Positions 22,741 through 35,826 of a DNA stretch of 64,000 nucleotides are shown one piece after another. The notes beneath the pieces are model-generated. The model made no database searches and was not told the DNA's origin. It saw only the letters and a program-made list of their open reading frames with translations. How positions within the stretch are numbered: the first letter of the stretch is position 1; every line of letters begins with the position of its first letter. The translations under genes were made by a program, and so were the position numbers. This DNA is from Chrysomallon squamiferum (lineage: Eukaryota; Animalia; Mollusca). The stretch spans positions 26,722,001 to 26,786,000 of the forward strand of contig CM022672.1 of the NCBI GenBank assembly GCA_012295275.1, given 5' to 3'.

Positions 22741-25298
22741 TTGTTTTTAAATTTATATAAGCTACTGCTGAATTATATTGAAAGATGTGTGGTTCAGACA
22801 CTAGATTATGCATTCTTTTTAAATGTTTGCATAGCCCTAAAATTAGAAAACGTCTTCAAGCAAACATGTTTCCTAATGTATGTGAGACCAATGCCATGTG
22901 CAAGCTTTAAAAATAGAAGAAAAAGAAGGAAAAAAAAAGATCTAAAACGATCCTTGCTAAATAAAACTAGCACACTCAAAAATAAAATGCTTTATACAGC
23001 CAAGTTATTGATTCTTTCAGTTAATGTGAAAATTCCAGCAAAAGATAGCCTAGTTTAGGTTTTACACAAACCATTCTGTAATCACCCTCTGCTGTAAAGT
23101 GGTGGAGAAAACATGTTAGATTGGTTGTAATACCAATAAATAGCCAGGCTAGTACTGAAGCCTGGAGCAAAACTAACACTGAGCCACCATTTTGAAAGTC
23201 TGTAACTGTGTGTTGAATTAGAGTAAACATCACAAATATATCTTCATGACTGAAACGAGAGACTATCAAATGATCTGAAACCTGTTGCCCTTTACCAGTA
23301 CAAACTGTTATATGTGTAAAATCAATATGGTTTTATGCAAGCCCATTGTCAACGGTGTTTAAGACTGTTTTATGATTTTATATAAAATATGTTAAATATT
23401 ACAGCTGTTGCTTTTTCTGTTTACCAAACAAATTACTTTGGCTTTCTGTTTTCTTTCCTTTGTTTTTATGATGTTATGTTATATTATGTTATTCTTATTA
23501 TTAATTTTCATTGAAGCAAAATGACCTAAAATCAACCAAAATCATTAGGCTTACCATTAATTTTGTATATTTTAAAACATTGTAAAAATATTTAATGCTA
23601 CAAAGACAGTTCAGTAAACATACAGAAATGAATAGATGTTCTCTCAAGTGAAAATCTGAACTTGTACCAAACACATGTATCATAATTAAATGAACATAGC
23701 TCACTGACATACACTCAACTCAACTTTCCACTAGAATCAATGGGCATAACATCACATTAAGATTCTAAAGCCAAACAAAAGCAAGTCGGTTGTACAAATT
23801 TTTACACATAAACAAAATAACATGAAGAGGTCAACTTTGAAAAAACAAATTATGCAAAATGACACTCAGTTTTCAATAATTTAAAAACAAAATCTTTCAA
23901 ACAGCATTACCTATGAAATTTTTTAATTTTTTTTTTTTTAATACACACATATATAATTACTTTCATTTGTTAAGTAATCTTAACTTTAACTGATATATAA
24001 ATATGAAGAATCTCAAAACAATTCCACTGGTATGAATACTGATGCTCTACACAGATAGACAGACAGATACAGATGGACAGCTAGACAGAGAGATAAACAG
24101 ATTGATATAAGGAATTTCAATATCAAATATTTTGTTCTAACCATCTCAGTTAAATCTGCCTCAGTGTTTTAACTGTTGTTATAAATTATACAAAAGTATG
24201 TCAACAACAAGGGGAAAAAAATTATTATTTTACTTTTTATAATATTAACTATAAGCTGTGAGAAACACAACATGCTTTATTTCTCTATGAAGGAGAATGT
24301 AATAAAAACAACTATCATTAATTATTAATACAAAATGTTCTATAAACACACTAAGTGCTTTGTTATATTTTAGTATTTGTCAATAATACTTGTAACACTA
24401 ACAGCTAAACTGTTTCTCACTTTGATAATCGACCAGCTAAAACTTTTCACAATTCTTATGTTCAGGCAGACACTGTTATTTACTGTCAAGGATCAAGAAG
24501 AGACACTTAGTCTACAGTAAAAAGTTTTAAAAAATTGCACAGCTCTAATCAAGCTGCAGTTTATAAACCTCTAGCAGAGTTATAGTGAGAACACTTGCAT
24601 TTTGTTCAATTTTCTTCTTTCTTTTTTTTTGCTGGACTGAAATATGTTAATCATTAGAATATGAAATATTATCTTTCAGAACTGCTAACAGCTTTATTTA
24701 CTGTCTTTGGTAATAAAAAAAAGAACATTAATACCAGACACTTTATCTACTTGATTTAACCAACCTGTTATCTCTTATTTAACTCAAATAAAATATTTTA
24801 AAAAGTTATTTTCTTTGACACAAATTTCAAGTTTAATTATGTTGGTGTTCCATCAGACAATGTATTTGGCTACTTTGTTATAAATGACTTTCAAAACAAT
24901 AATTTAAAAACAAAAAAGATAAAATATATTAGTGCACCCATATCACACTTCAGTTATTACAAAAAGAAATGTATATTACAGAAAGACATATCTTTTCATT
25001 CAGTCAGTCCTAAACCTATCTTCTTACTAAGTTTTTTCCACAGATACAAAAACATTCAAAGTAAAATTAAAAAGAAAATATTTTTGTGACCCTATTTATT
25101 TATTATTGTTGTTGTTGTTGTTATTATTTTCTTGTGACCCTATTTATTTATTTATTTATTATTGTTGTTGTTGTTGTTAGTAATTTTATTTGTATACATT
25201 TTTATTTGTATTTATCCTTCAAAAAATTTTTATGTATACATTTTTTCAACATTAAAAAAAAAAATTATCATTAACAATAATTCTAAATTTAAAAAAAA

Positions 25299-25331
<33 letters not shown>

Positions 25332-27339
25332 AAATAAATAAAAAGAAATAAAAAAATTAAATTAAATTAAATTATATTAAATTAAATTAAATTAAAAAAA
25401 AAAAAAAATAATCAAATTAAATTATCAAATTCCCTGATTACATTTTACCATATGCCTTACATTTCTGAATAAAACTCTCCACCTAATGATAAACTTAAGT
25501 CTTGTTAGAGTCTTGTTAGAAACATATGGCCAGAATTAGAGCCTGGAGATCAGTAATCAGTAAACAACAAACTGAACTATAGAATTAAAAGTGATTACAA
25601 TTAGAAAACTAGGTAAAATATAGTGCTTTGATAAAGCTTTATTAAATATACCAGTCACCAATCACTAATAATTACAGAACTGACTACTGTAGTTGACTGG
25701 TTAAACAACATAATGAGATGTTTTATTTTTAAGTATTGATAACCTCAAACTACATAAAATTACTAGTGATTATAGTAAAATAACAGAGACCTGTATTTCA
25801 GTTACACTGAAACTATGTAATCACAACTGATTTCAACAGAAAAATGGGTAATGCCAGACAGCCTGTTTTAGTCACTTGAAATATTACTCTTTAGATTAAA
25901 TGATTTATCTATAAAGCTGATATTACGTTCTCTGTCTATATAAACAAGTGATTTATTCACTGTTTACTATGGTGATCACTTTATAATTCCGAAACTAAAG
26001 AGTGATTTATATGTAAAATGGAAACAGCTTTTCTAGTTTACACAGTTTGTTACTGTATTCACTTGTAGACCTATGGTTTCACTGTGAATGAAATTACATT
26101 GTAAAAGTGTAATGGATGTGAATCTTTATTTATATAATATTGAAATGTGTGTGTGTGTGTGTGAAGAAAGTAGAAATACACAATGCTAGATCATGTAGTA
26201 GAGTTCAGATTACAATTCATATCCTATTACTGGTGTGGTATAACAGGGATTCTCTAGAGAGATTCTGCACAGCCTATTCATTAATACATCTGTCAAACTG
26301 AAAATTCAGCCTGACAGAACATATAGCACAAATTGTGAATTGATTCAAAGATCACTACTTACAAAACTGAAACAGTAATGACTTAACAGCACTTGTTTCT
26401 AAAATAGAACCCCATGGGAAACAGACTAACTGGTTTGTAATAAGTGCAAACAATGAAATCAGTTTTGTTAAATTTTATAAAATGGAACATTTAATCTGAG
26501 AATCATGCAGGTTTGTGCTGTTGTTGTAGTTTTGGGGGTTTTTTTAGACAGAAAATACATTTTTTTCCTAGATATACGTAATTTGAAACAAATGTACAGT
26601 GTTATCCTGACTCTTCCCAGTTTACCTAGATACTTCTTATAAATAAATAAATAAATAAATAAATAATAGTTTGATAATTTTCACACTTTTTTTCTCTGTG
26701 TGTATGAAAAAAATCAAATAAATGTTTTTTTTTAAAGTACATTTTTATTAAAAGCAATAAAATTAAGAAATAATGCCGCCAACTGTTTCTTATCAATGTT
26801 TACATGTAAAATCTAAAAATAACTGATTATAACACACAGAATTACTCATATAAGAGAATGTTTTTGATTTATACAGCAATACAAATATATACACACACAA
26901 AGTATTATTAAAATTATACTGAAATTCTGTAATTTTCTAGCATTTTCCATTGACTTTAATCCATCTCAGTAATTTATTTTGGAAAAACACAGAATGAAAT
27001 TTGAAAATGTAAAATATGTTAACCTCAAGCAGTTTAAGAGGAAAGCATATTTTTCCAATTACCATATTTTACTTCATTTCCTTTTTTTTTTCAACTGTTA
27101 AACTTTTTTCATACCTTTTTAGCCTTCTAACTATTTAGAATGCTGATAATATTTGCTATTTATTTATTTATATGAAAAATAATAAATATGTATCTATTGT
27201 AGTGTCTAAATCTTAGTATTTATTTGTATATGTGCATGTATACACAGGTTTTTTGTTGGTTTTTTGTTTTAACAACGAAAGTTTGGACTACAAAAATGGT
27301 ACCATTATTTTGTTTCCACACTGCATCAATAATACTCAC

Positions 27340-27455
27340 CTTCATACACAGACACAAAGAAAAAGGAAATGTGATGGCAATCATGAAGAGAGACAGGGCA
27401 TATAAAATGTATCCACAGCAGCCAATATTTCCTCCATCATGTTGGGCCTGTGAAG
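27340..27455 (-). CDS. STOM: Stomatin membrane-hairpin exon (ASQAQHDGGNIGCCGYILYALSLFMIAITFPFSLCLCMK); alternative 5' edge at 27447
   Basis: ttgcag| acceptor (phase 1) or ttcacag| 8 nt further in (phase 0), and AAG|gtgagt donor. GCCG cysteines, hydrophobic stretch and TFP hairpin proline. Confidence 0.95.
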
Positions 27456-28325
27456 CTGCAATTATAAAGAAGAAGAAAAAATGATAAATATATAAACAAA
27501 TTATGTACCAAATATGTTAAAAAACAATAATAATAATTTTTATTTTTATTATTATTATTATTTTTTTTAATTGGATTTGTTTACTAGTTTGTTTGTCTCC
27601 TGGTCCTGGATACATGATAGGAATAGAATGACAACAAAGCAATATAATTTACAATATAATACAATACATACATACATACATACATACATACATCCATATA
27701 TATATATCACACACACACACACTTGCTAGATCAACAAACTGTAATTCAAAACCTCCACTCATCAGCCATCATAAGAATGAAGGGGTTTTTTTTTTTTTGC
27801 ATTACTTTTTTCCTTTCTTTATTTCATATATACAAATCCAATAGCTCTCAAAATCTGTTAACCTCAAATTATATAAGTGAGATTTTTATCCAGAATTCAA
27901 ATAACTGTGACACTATCAATAAAAAGGTTAACAAAAGACAAATTATTTAAATTATTTTTGAACAAAATAAAATATAAAAAAATAAAAATAATATTAATAA
28001 CTAAATAAATAAATAAATAAATAAGAGAATCATTACGATAGTTTCTATTAACTTTATGTTTCAAAAATAGATTAAATTTGATTGAACCCAAAAGTCTATC
28101 CCCTAGTATTAGGTTTCTATCATTTTGTAGATCTGTAAAAGACTATAAATTCTAAATAATCATGATTTCTTTTGAAATAAAGCACCAGTTTCTGAATTAA
28201 AGTGATAGAAATCTACAAATACAAATAAATATCATGATTCCCCACAACACAGGTCTATTTGACTTCAAAGGTAAAATAAAATAAAAAATAAAATTATTCA
28301 TTTAGAAATGACCATCAGGAATTAC

Positions 28326-28333
28326 CTTCCGGA
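28326..28333 (-). CDS. Candidate 8-nt microexon of stomatin (TCCGGAAG)
   Basis: gtatttttttgttag|TCCGGAAG|gtaatt. It retains a CpG in a CpG-poor intron and converts phase 1 to phase 0. Confidence 0.35.
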
Positions 28334-28610
28334 CTAACAAAAAAATACTATTTTATTCTAAACCATTTGACTTGATATCAAAAGAGACAAAATTAAACTA
28401 TAGATGTGATACTCAAATTAACTTTTCTAGTCATATATATTTGGAATGTCAAACAATGAAATGATCAACTCAAACAAAAGACCATAAACTACACCATAAT
28501 GTGATGTCAGAAGCAATTAACTTCATGCTAAAAACTACTTAACATGTGTCATTAAGTCACTGTCAATTCCAGCTGTTTCGTGCTAAACATCAATAAAATG
28601 TACAAGTTAC

Positions 28611-28634
28611 CATGGTTCCATATTCTAACTTCAT
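28611..28634 (-). CDS. Candidate proximal alternative first exon of stomatin (MKLEYGTM, phase 0)
   Basis: ATG...ACCATG|gtaact donor, an upstream in-frame stop, and TCAGT Inr-like repeats about 100 nt upstream. Confidence 0.25.
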
Positions 28635-30415
28635 ACTTCCATTAGTTTCAGTGTCCCCAAGCTTTAACGAATGGTTTAGAATTTATTAATATTGCAAAGA
28701 ATCAAAAAGTAACTGAACAGTGATGACTGACTGAGTTGTATGGTCTAACAGAATGTATTTTTATTTTATTTTATATATATTTTTTATATTTTTTATTATT
28801 ATTATTATTTTCATTTGCCCACAAGAACAAAATAATAAAAAAAAAAAAATCTATTGGTATTAGATTTTTTCATTTCTTTTCATTTTGTTATTATTTTTAT
28901 TTAATTTCAACAGATGTAGATGGAAGATCTGAAATACAAATTTATTTATTTATTTATTTATTTACTTATTTATGTATTAATTTATTTATTTCCAACAATT
29001 TTATATTTTTGAAAATAAATGGATAACTAATAAATATACAAACCTGTAACTACATAATCAAATTTCTGAGGTTTTTTATGAAAATTCAAATGTCGTGGTA
29101 ATGAATCTTCATCTCAAATATCAACATGATGCATATTATGTGAATATTCAGCTCTTAACTGATTTGGACGATTGACATAAGTTTCCTCATTTCTTCCCTG
29201 ATACATCACCAGACCTTTGTGAAATTCAGGGTACTGAGCATGTGTCATCCGATTAGACAAGCTATCTTCATCAAAACTGTAATCCATTTTCCAAATTAAT
29301 ATTATCTTCTTCTAAGCTTTTTTTTTTATAAATTACAGTTCTATAAAAATAAAAATTACTTTCATAATTTATTTCTTGTCTGATTATATCAACTGAAAAA
29401 AATCAATCAGTTAGGATCAAAATTAAAATGATCTATGTTTTTGTTATGGTTCATTCAAAGTGTCAACAAAATTTAATTTTGAGTTTTAGTTGGTGTATTT
29501 TCTGTTATAGAAGATCAATACCTGATAAATAAATTAAAAGCTTAACCCATGGATTAGACATTAAAAATTATTCTGATCATACCAAGCAGAAAATAGCTGA
29601 AAATAAAGGCAAGAACTGTATCACTTTAGCTGTCACACTTTGGTGCATTTGAAAGGATTTCCAGTGAAATGTCCTTATAAAGATATTTTTGACATTGCAA
29701 ATAGATGACTGTACCTTAAGTATTTCTTTAGAATACAAAGTCAACATAAGAGGCCAAGGACAAAGTGTTTACTGTTTATCATTCACAAATCAACATGAAA
29801 TGTGCTATGTCCATGCATTTCAGATGATCTGTTATATTGTCCATATGCATCTGTATTACTATGTAATATAATTTATACAATGATATACCCAATAATAAAA
29901 TAAACAGGTGCTATTTCCAAAACAAACAACACAAAATAAACAAAAATTAAATAAAATAAAAAACAAGAAATTAACAAATAAACAAATATATATATTTACT
30001 TATATCATTCCTTCAGATTTAATCTAACTGAACAGGTAATCATTTCAATGAACTTTCTGATTAACACATTAAATGCTGTTATTAGACAGACTGAGAATAT
30101 TTTTATTAATTTTTTCTCGTCACAGCTTTTTAATAATGGAAGGATTATGTCACAACAGTAACAGTTAATACTTCTGCTGAACTTATAACCCTTACAACAT
30201 GAGCAAACTGAAACCTTAATTACAAGCTAAACATGAAAATAATCCAAATGAAAAACATTACATTGTGATCAATTTTAAGACCCTTTCTATTATTATCACA
30301 CATTCAATAATTATTGTTCTGTGGTTACATATCCTTGACATAATGCAAAATTAATATAAAAGTATTTTCAATACATAACAATTTCCTATTAGGAACAAGT
30401 AAGTAATATAACCCA

Positions 30416-30447
<32 letters not shown>

Positions 30448-33400
30448 TTTGAAAACCATTTAATTTAATTTTATTATGATATAAAATTCTAAAATAATTC
30501 ATATGTAATTTTTTTAATTATTATTTTATATTTATAAAAATATAGTTTACATTTCAGATTACACAATACAATGAAACAAATAAAAACATTCTAAATTTTA
30601 TTTTACATCTAGTCATTCTAGGACTTAAAATTGTTAGATTCACCAATAACATCAAAAAATCTACATAACCTAAATTGTCTTTCCTACTTATTATTTTTCT
30701 TCTTCTCAAATGCAAATGTTCTCAAAAAATTAATAATATAAGTCATTTGAAAATGAAATTCACAGAATGGATTGCTGGTTATATTATTCAGTTGCATCTG
30801 AATGTGTAACATGAGGGTTATCTGCTAAAATATCTGCCAGTCATTATCAGTATTCTTCATTTAATGGCAATTAAATCTATGGAGATAAGGCAGTAAAATG
30901 TATATAGAATATCTCCACCGTTGGAATCAGCATCAGTAACTGTTCTGTTAGACAGGATTCAAAATTTGGTCAAATAAAAGTTGGAAAATTTTAATGTGGT
31001 AGATCACAAATATTTCTCAAAATATATCTGCCATGAATTTACTGAAGTAACACTTTAAAACATAAAATGTCAATGATATGTAATATTAATCACAAGGAAA
31101 TGTTCTACCTTTAAATTTGCAGTAGTACTTTAGCAAAAGCAAAGGATCAGTAAAGATGTAGATATAAATGAAACTGAAAGCTGTCAGTTATATAAATAAC
31201 TAATGCACACCAGAAAATAATTTAGAAAATGGATTTAGAATTGATATTTCATTTTCTATCTATTAACCATCTATTTATCTTGAAGCAATATGTATAATAA
31301 TATAAAAACAAAAAAATAAAAAATTCAGGTAATTTTAAAATGGATTCAAATAAATGTTTAAAATATTAATTAAAATAATTATAATAATGATGTGACAATA
31401 GATATTTTAAAAATAAATACACACTTTATGTTTAGAATAATAATTAATCAAATATTTATCAAAATATTTCAATAGTGTAGTACTGATGCAATGCTTATAT
31501 AATCATACAAATGTTTCAAAATGTAAATTAGAAAATGGATTTATAAAAAAAAAAAGAAAAAAAAAAGAAGAAAAAGAAAATTTTAAGAACAGCATTAAAA
31601 ATATTTTTAAAAACTATATAATAAATAATAATTTTTTTTTTTTTAATTCTTGTGTAATTTATATATTTATTTATGAATTATTATTATTATTTTAATTTCA
31701 CATTCTTATTCAACCTTTAGTTTAATTGTAATTATTATTTCAACAAATGATTATGAAAATATTAATTACTGTGTCCACATTTTTTATTACGAAATTATGT
31801 TAAAAGTCATATCTGAATTATTGTTTTATTGTTTTAACTGAAACAATACTTGCTATGAATGTTTTATTTTAAGGTCTACTTATTTATTTTTGCTAAAGGA
31901 AATTCTATAAAACCCAACAAATGAATAAATCAATTTTTATATTTTTTTTCTGAAACTTTTATTGAATTTTTGAGTCAGAATTTGTTTTCCCCCAAACACC
32001 TTGTAAACAGAATTAAATGACTGCTTGTCAATATTTTGTTCCTTTATTAAATATGAAAATACAGTTTCTGTAACATTACCTAATCAATGATATATTTAAT
32101 ACTTTTTTTTTTCTTTTTTCTTAAATATTGCAGTTATCCAATTTAAGAATGCTGCTCTGTTTTTTTGTTGTTTCTTTTTTAAATGCTTGTCTGAATCGTG
32201 ACAAGTACAAGAAGGAGGACTCTGGTCATGTTCTTTCAACTGCTATGTCAACAAAGGTAACCATGGATAACAATGGTCAGCTAATTATATAAGTTGAAAC
32301 AGTAGCTGGTTAAATATATGTTCTGTTCTAAAATCAGAATATCTATAATATATGAATTTACACAGAATACAGCCTATCCTGAACATTTAGAAACAACAAA
32401 ATTGAGAATCCAGTGCAGTACACTGTTAATGGTGGCCTACAGTGTTAGAATGTTTGTTATTCTTACACTTTAATATATGAGGACATAAATCACCATATAA
32501 TAAGATGCTAAATAATATAGATTATCATTCATAATAACCAATTCACTTGATTCAGATATTCAAATTTTTACAATATTAAGAGTTTATTCTTATGCCATGT
32601 ATAGATGTCACTAAGTTGTATATTTGTATTCTGAGCAGTTTCTATAGTTTTCATAACATTTTTATTGTTTTTCTTCTAGCATGATTTGGAGCTAGATCTA
32701 CCTCTACTTTCTTTAAGTGTATAATTTAAATACATGCACTCACACACGTACACACATGCACAGGCTCAGAAACAGATACTTTTTTTTTTTTTTATTATTA
32801 TAAAAACAAAGATTTTTATGAAATAAAATTAAAATGGAAATATTTTTAAAAATCAATCTTAAATTAAAAAAAGGAGTAATTTGTTTAATTAATACTACTG
32901 CTACTACTACTACTGCTGCTGCTGCTATTATTGCCACTACTACTACTAATAATAATAATACTAATAAGAAGAAGAAGAAGAAGAAAAAGCTGTTTATCAT
33001 TTATAATTTAAACAATTTTAATAATTTTTCCTTATAAATTAAGATTTATATTCTAAATTAAAATAAAATAAAATTCTATTTCAAGCACATGGAAATGTAA
33101 CATGACTTTATCTATGATATACAAATAAACATAATTACAGTATAAAAACTACCAACCTTCGGCTGTTATGATAACATCCTGAGGCATTTTCAAACTGGCA
33201 CAAATAAATATTCCAACACGTTTATGATTACTGAAATCTCCTTTTAACCTATCTGCTGTAATTTAGGTTTACAAAATATTTGTACATATGTGGTCAGCAG
33301 TGACCAGAGATGCAGTGTCCAGTTCACCAATGAAATGACAAACACAATGGTGAAGAAAGACAAATAGAGTCCAGCTACCTCTAAGCTTTAACATTACCCA

Positions 33401-33973
33401 AATGGTAGAAAGGGTGTGGCTTTTGCTGAACTTGGAGATTACATAGGTTTACAGCCTGATTTTATAGCATGAAGGGTCTATCACCGCTAGCACACAAAGT
33501 CATGGTCAGTGGCTTATGATAATTAATGCATTCAGCTTGATAAACAAAGCTAGGTTACCTGCAGCTGGTAATCAAAAAGTATTCACTGAAGAAGAAAGTA
33601 CTCCTATCTTACATGAAGAATAGCTAGCACTGAAAGCCTGCTGATATATAATTTTGTAATTGTAAGCTCCATTTTACACAAACCTTAGAAAAATGATTAT
33701 TTTATATTACCAATCAGTGGTACAAACTATCAATATTGTTACTTTGCACATATATAACTGTTGTAAATAATCAATATGTATGTGTACATCCTAGGCAAAT
33801 TATGTAGAACTTAATAATTAAATACTGAATAACATGTATTGAAACCTAAAATAAAGGAAGATAGTATTCTACAAAGATGTATCAAGCGAATTAGTTTTTG
33901 TTTTGTATTTACTATTCTGTCAGCTTTTAATGTGTTTGAAATAAGTTATTAAAATACAATGTCTTGTTATCTG

Positions 33974-35786
33974 ATTGTATGCAGTTCTTCTATTTTCATC
34001 TGAACTTGTGTAAAAATTCATTTAATCTTTCAATGTTAGTTTTCGATGAATTTATTTCCTGTCACTACTTTCTCAGTTTTGTTTAATATATTAGTTTACT
34101 TATTTTCATTCTTTCTTTGTTTATTCAAAATTCACACCTGTTATAGTTATTATAGTTTGTAAAAGTGCAATAAAGGTGTTTAAAAAAAACAGATTTTATT
34201 TTTATTTATTTCAAATTGATTCTAAAGTGATTTCTGATGAAGAATTAAACAAGCTGTATATTTTCAATTATTGTTCACTAAGACATCATCAAGTAATGAC
34301 TATTACACACATTTAAAATTGTAGATTTTACTACACACTTTAAACTGAAGCTGCTTAATTAATAATTGTCAACAATTTATGAGTTGGGCTGTAAAAACTC
34401 TGAAAAACGTGGTCTGTTATGAATGGGAGTAGCTGAAAAAAAGAAGAAGAATCTGGATAAAGTAAATTAAACATACTAAAAATTGGAAAGTCAATATATT
34501 TGTTTATTACCTTATATATGTGAGGCAAAATAGACTAAAGACAATGGAATATGTTGTGTAATTTAAATAATAATTCAGAAAATCCACTGGAAATAGATAA
34601 ATAAATAATATTCTGAAGGAATATGGAAACTACATAAATACCAGATATTTTATTTATTTTCAAAAGGTGTGTTTTCATACAAACTGCAAAAAGTAAGTTA
34701 TCCCTATCCAGAGAGAAACATTTATCCAACCATAACAATCACACAACCTCTGGCAAATCAACTTATACAGTTCAAAAATGACACAAATGTATTCTTTAAA
34801 AGATATGCATTCCATAAATAAAAGTCTGTGAAGCAAGCTGTGTTGAGATTGAGAAACCAGTTTAAATCATCTAGTGTTATAATTTTCAAACAAACAAACT
34901 GAACTGTTTATGCTGTAGTAAAGATTCAATGATATGAATAAGACTGCATTACATTTGCATTACACAATAACATGTCACATGTTAATATTGTGCAATAACA
35001 TGTCACCGTGTTAATATTGTGAAATAACACAACATATGTTAATATTCTTAGTTTACTGGTAAAACTTGTTTGACCAGTAAAGTGATCAGTTAATATGAAT
35101 ACCATACTCACAGGTCAAAGTAATTTAAAATATGGTAGTGGCTTAAAATAATAAACCAAAATATCATTTATAATTTGTTTTATATTTAACACTATTTTTT
35201 CTATTACTGGCTACTGAATGTCAAACAGTAATATGGTATTTTTGACATAAATATATTTTCAACAATAAAAATATTTAAAAATTGTTTTATATTTTGGAAT
35301 TTTTTTATATTGATTTTCTATACAGTGATCTTTGTCAATGAAATTACCAAAAAAAAAAAAAAAAAAGAAAGAAACAAGCAATCAGAAATGTCTAAAGTCA
35401 TATACACAATCATTATACAACAAGTTTTGTAATTAATCCATACTGGAGACATATATTACAATAAAAAGAACACAAAACAATCAACACAAAAAATCTAATA
35501 TAAAATATGTTAATTTTCTAAGCAGATATCATTATCAATTTCCTATCCTATTATCTTCATTTATATAATACTTGTGAGAAATAATTTGCTCTATATGTCA
35601 AAAATAATCAAGATGCAATAAGCTTATATGTGGCAACAACATGCTAAATGAAATAAATAAAAAAACAAAAAATGGAAGACAACAAAGTCTATGATGTTTT
35701 TCCAATAAATCTATTCCAGTGAATAAAAAAAGAAGTTACATTAGAATAATGTTTGTTTGCATGTTAGTCTCTTATATGCCTCATCC

Positions 35787-35826
<40 letters not shown>

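Noticed and set aside
29040-29330. Possible MITE or DNA-transposon remnant (also ~33150-33650, ~43130-43760, ~59950-60480)
   Set aside because: The composition is suggestive, but I found no convincing terminal inverted repeats, target-site duplications or transposase motifs.
32190-32256. Coding-looking + strand segment LNRDKYKKEDSGHVLSTAMSTK|gtaac
   Set aside because: No acceptor or in-frame ATG, no partner exons and no recognised homology.
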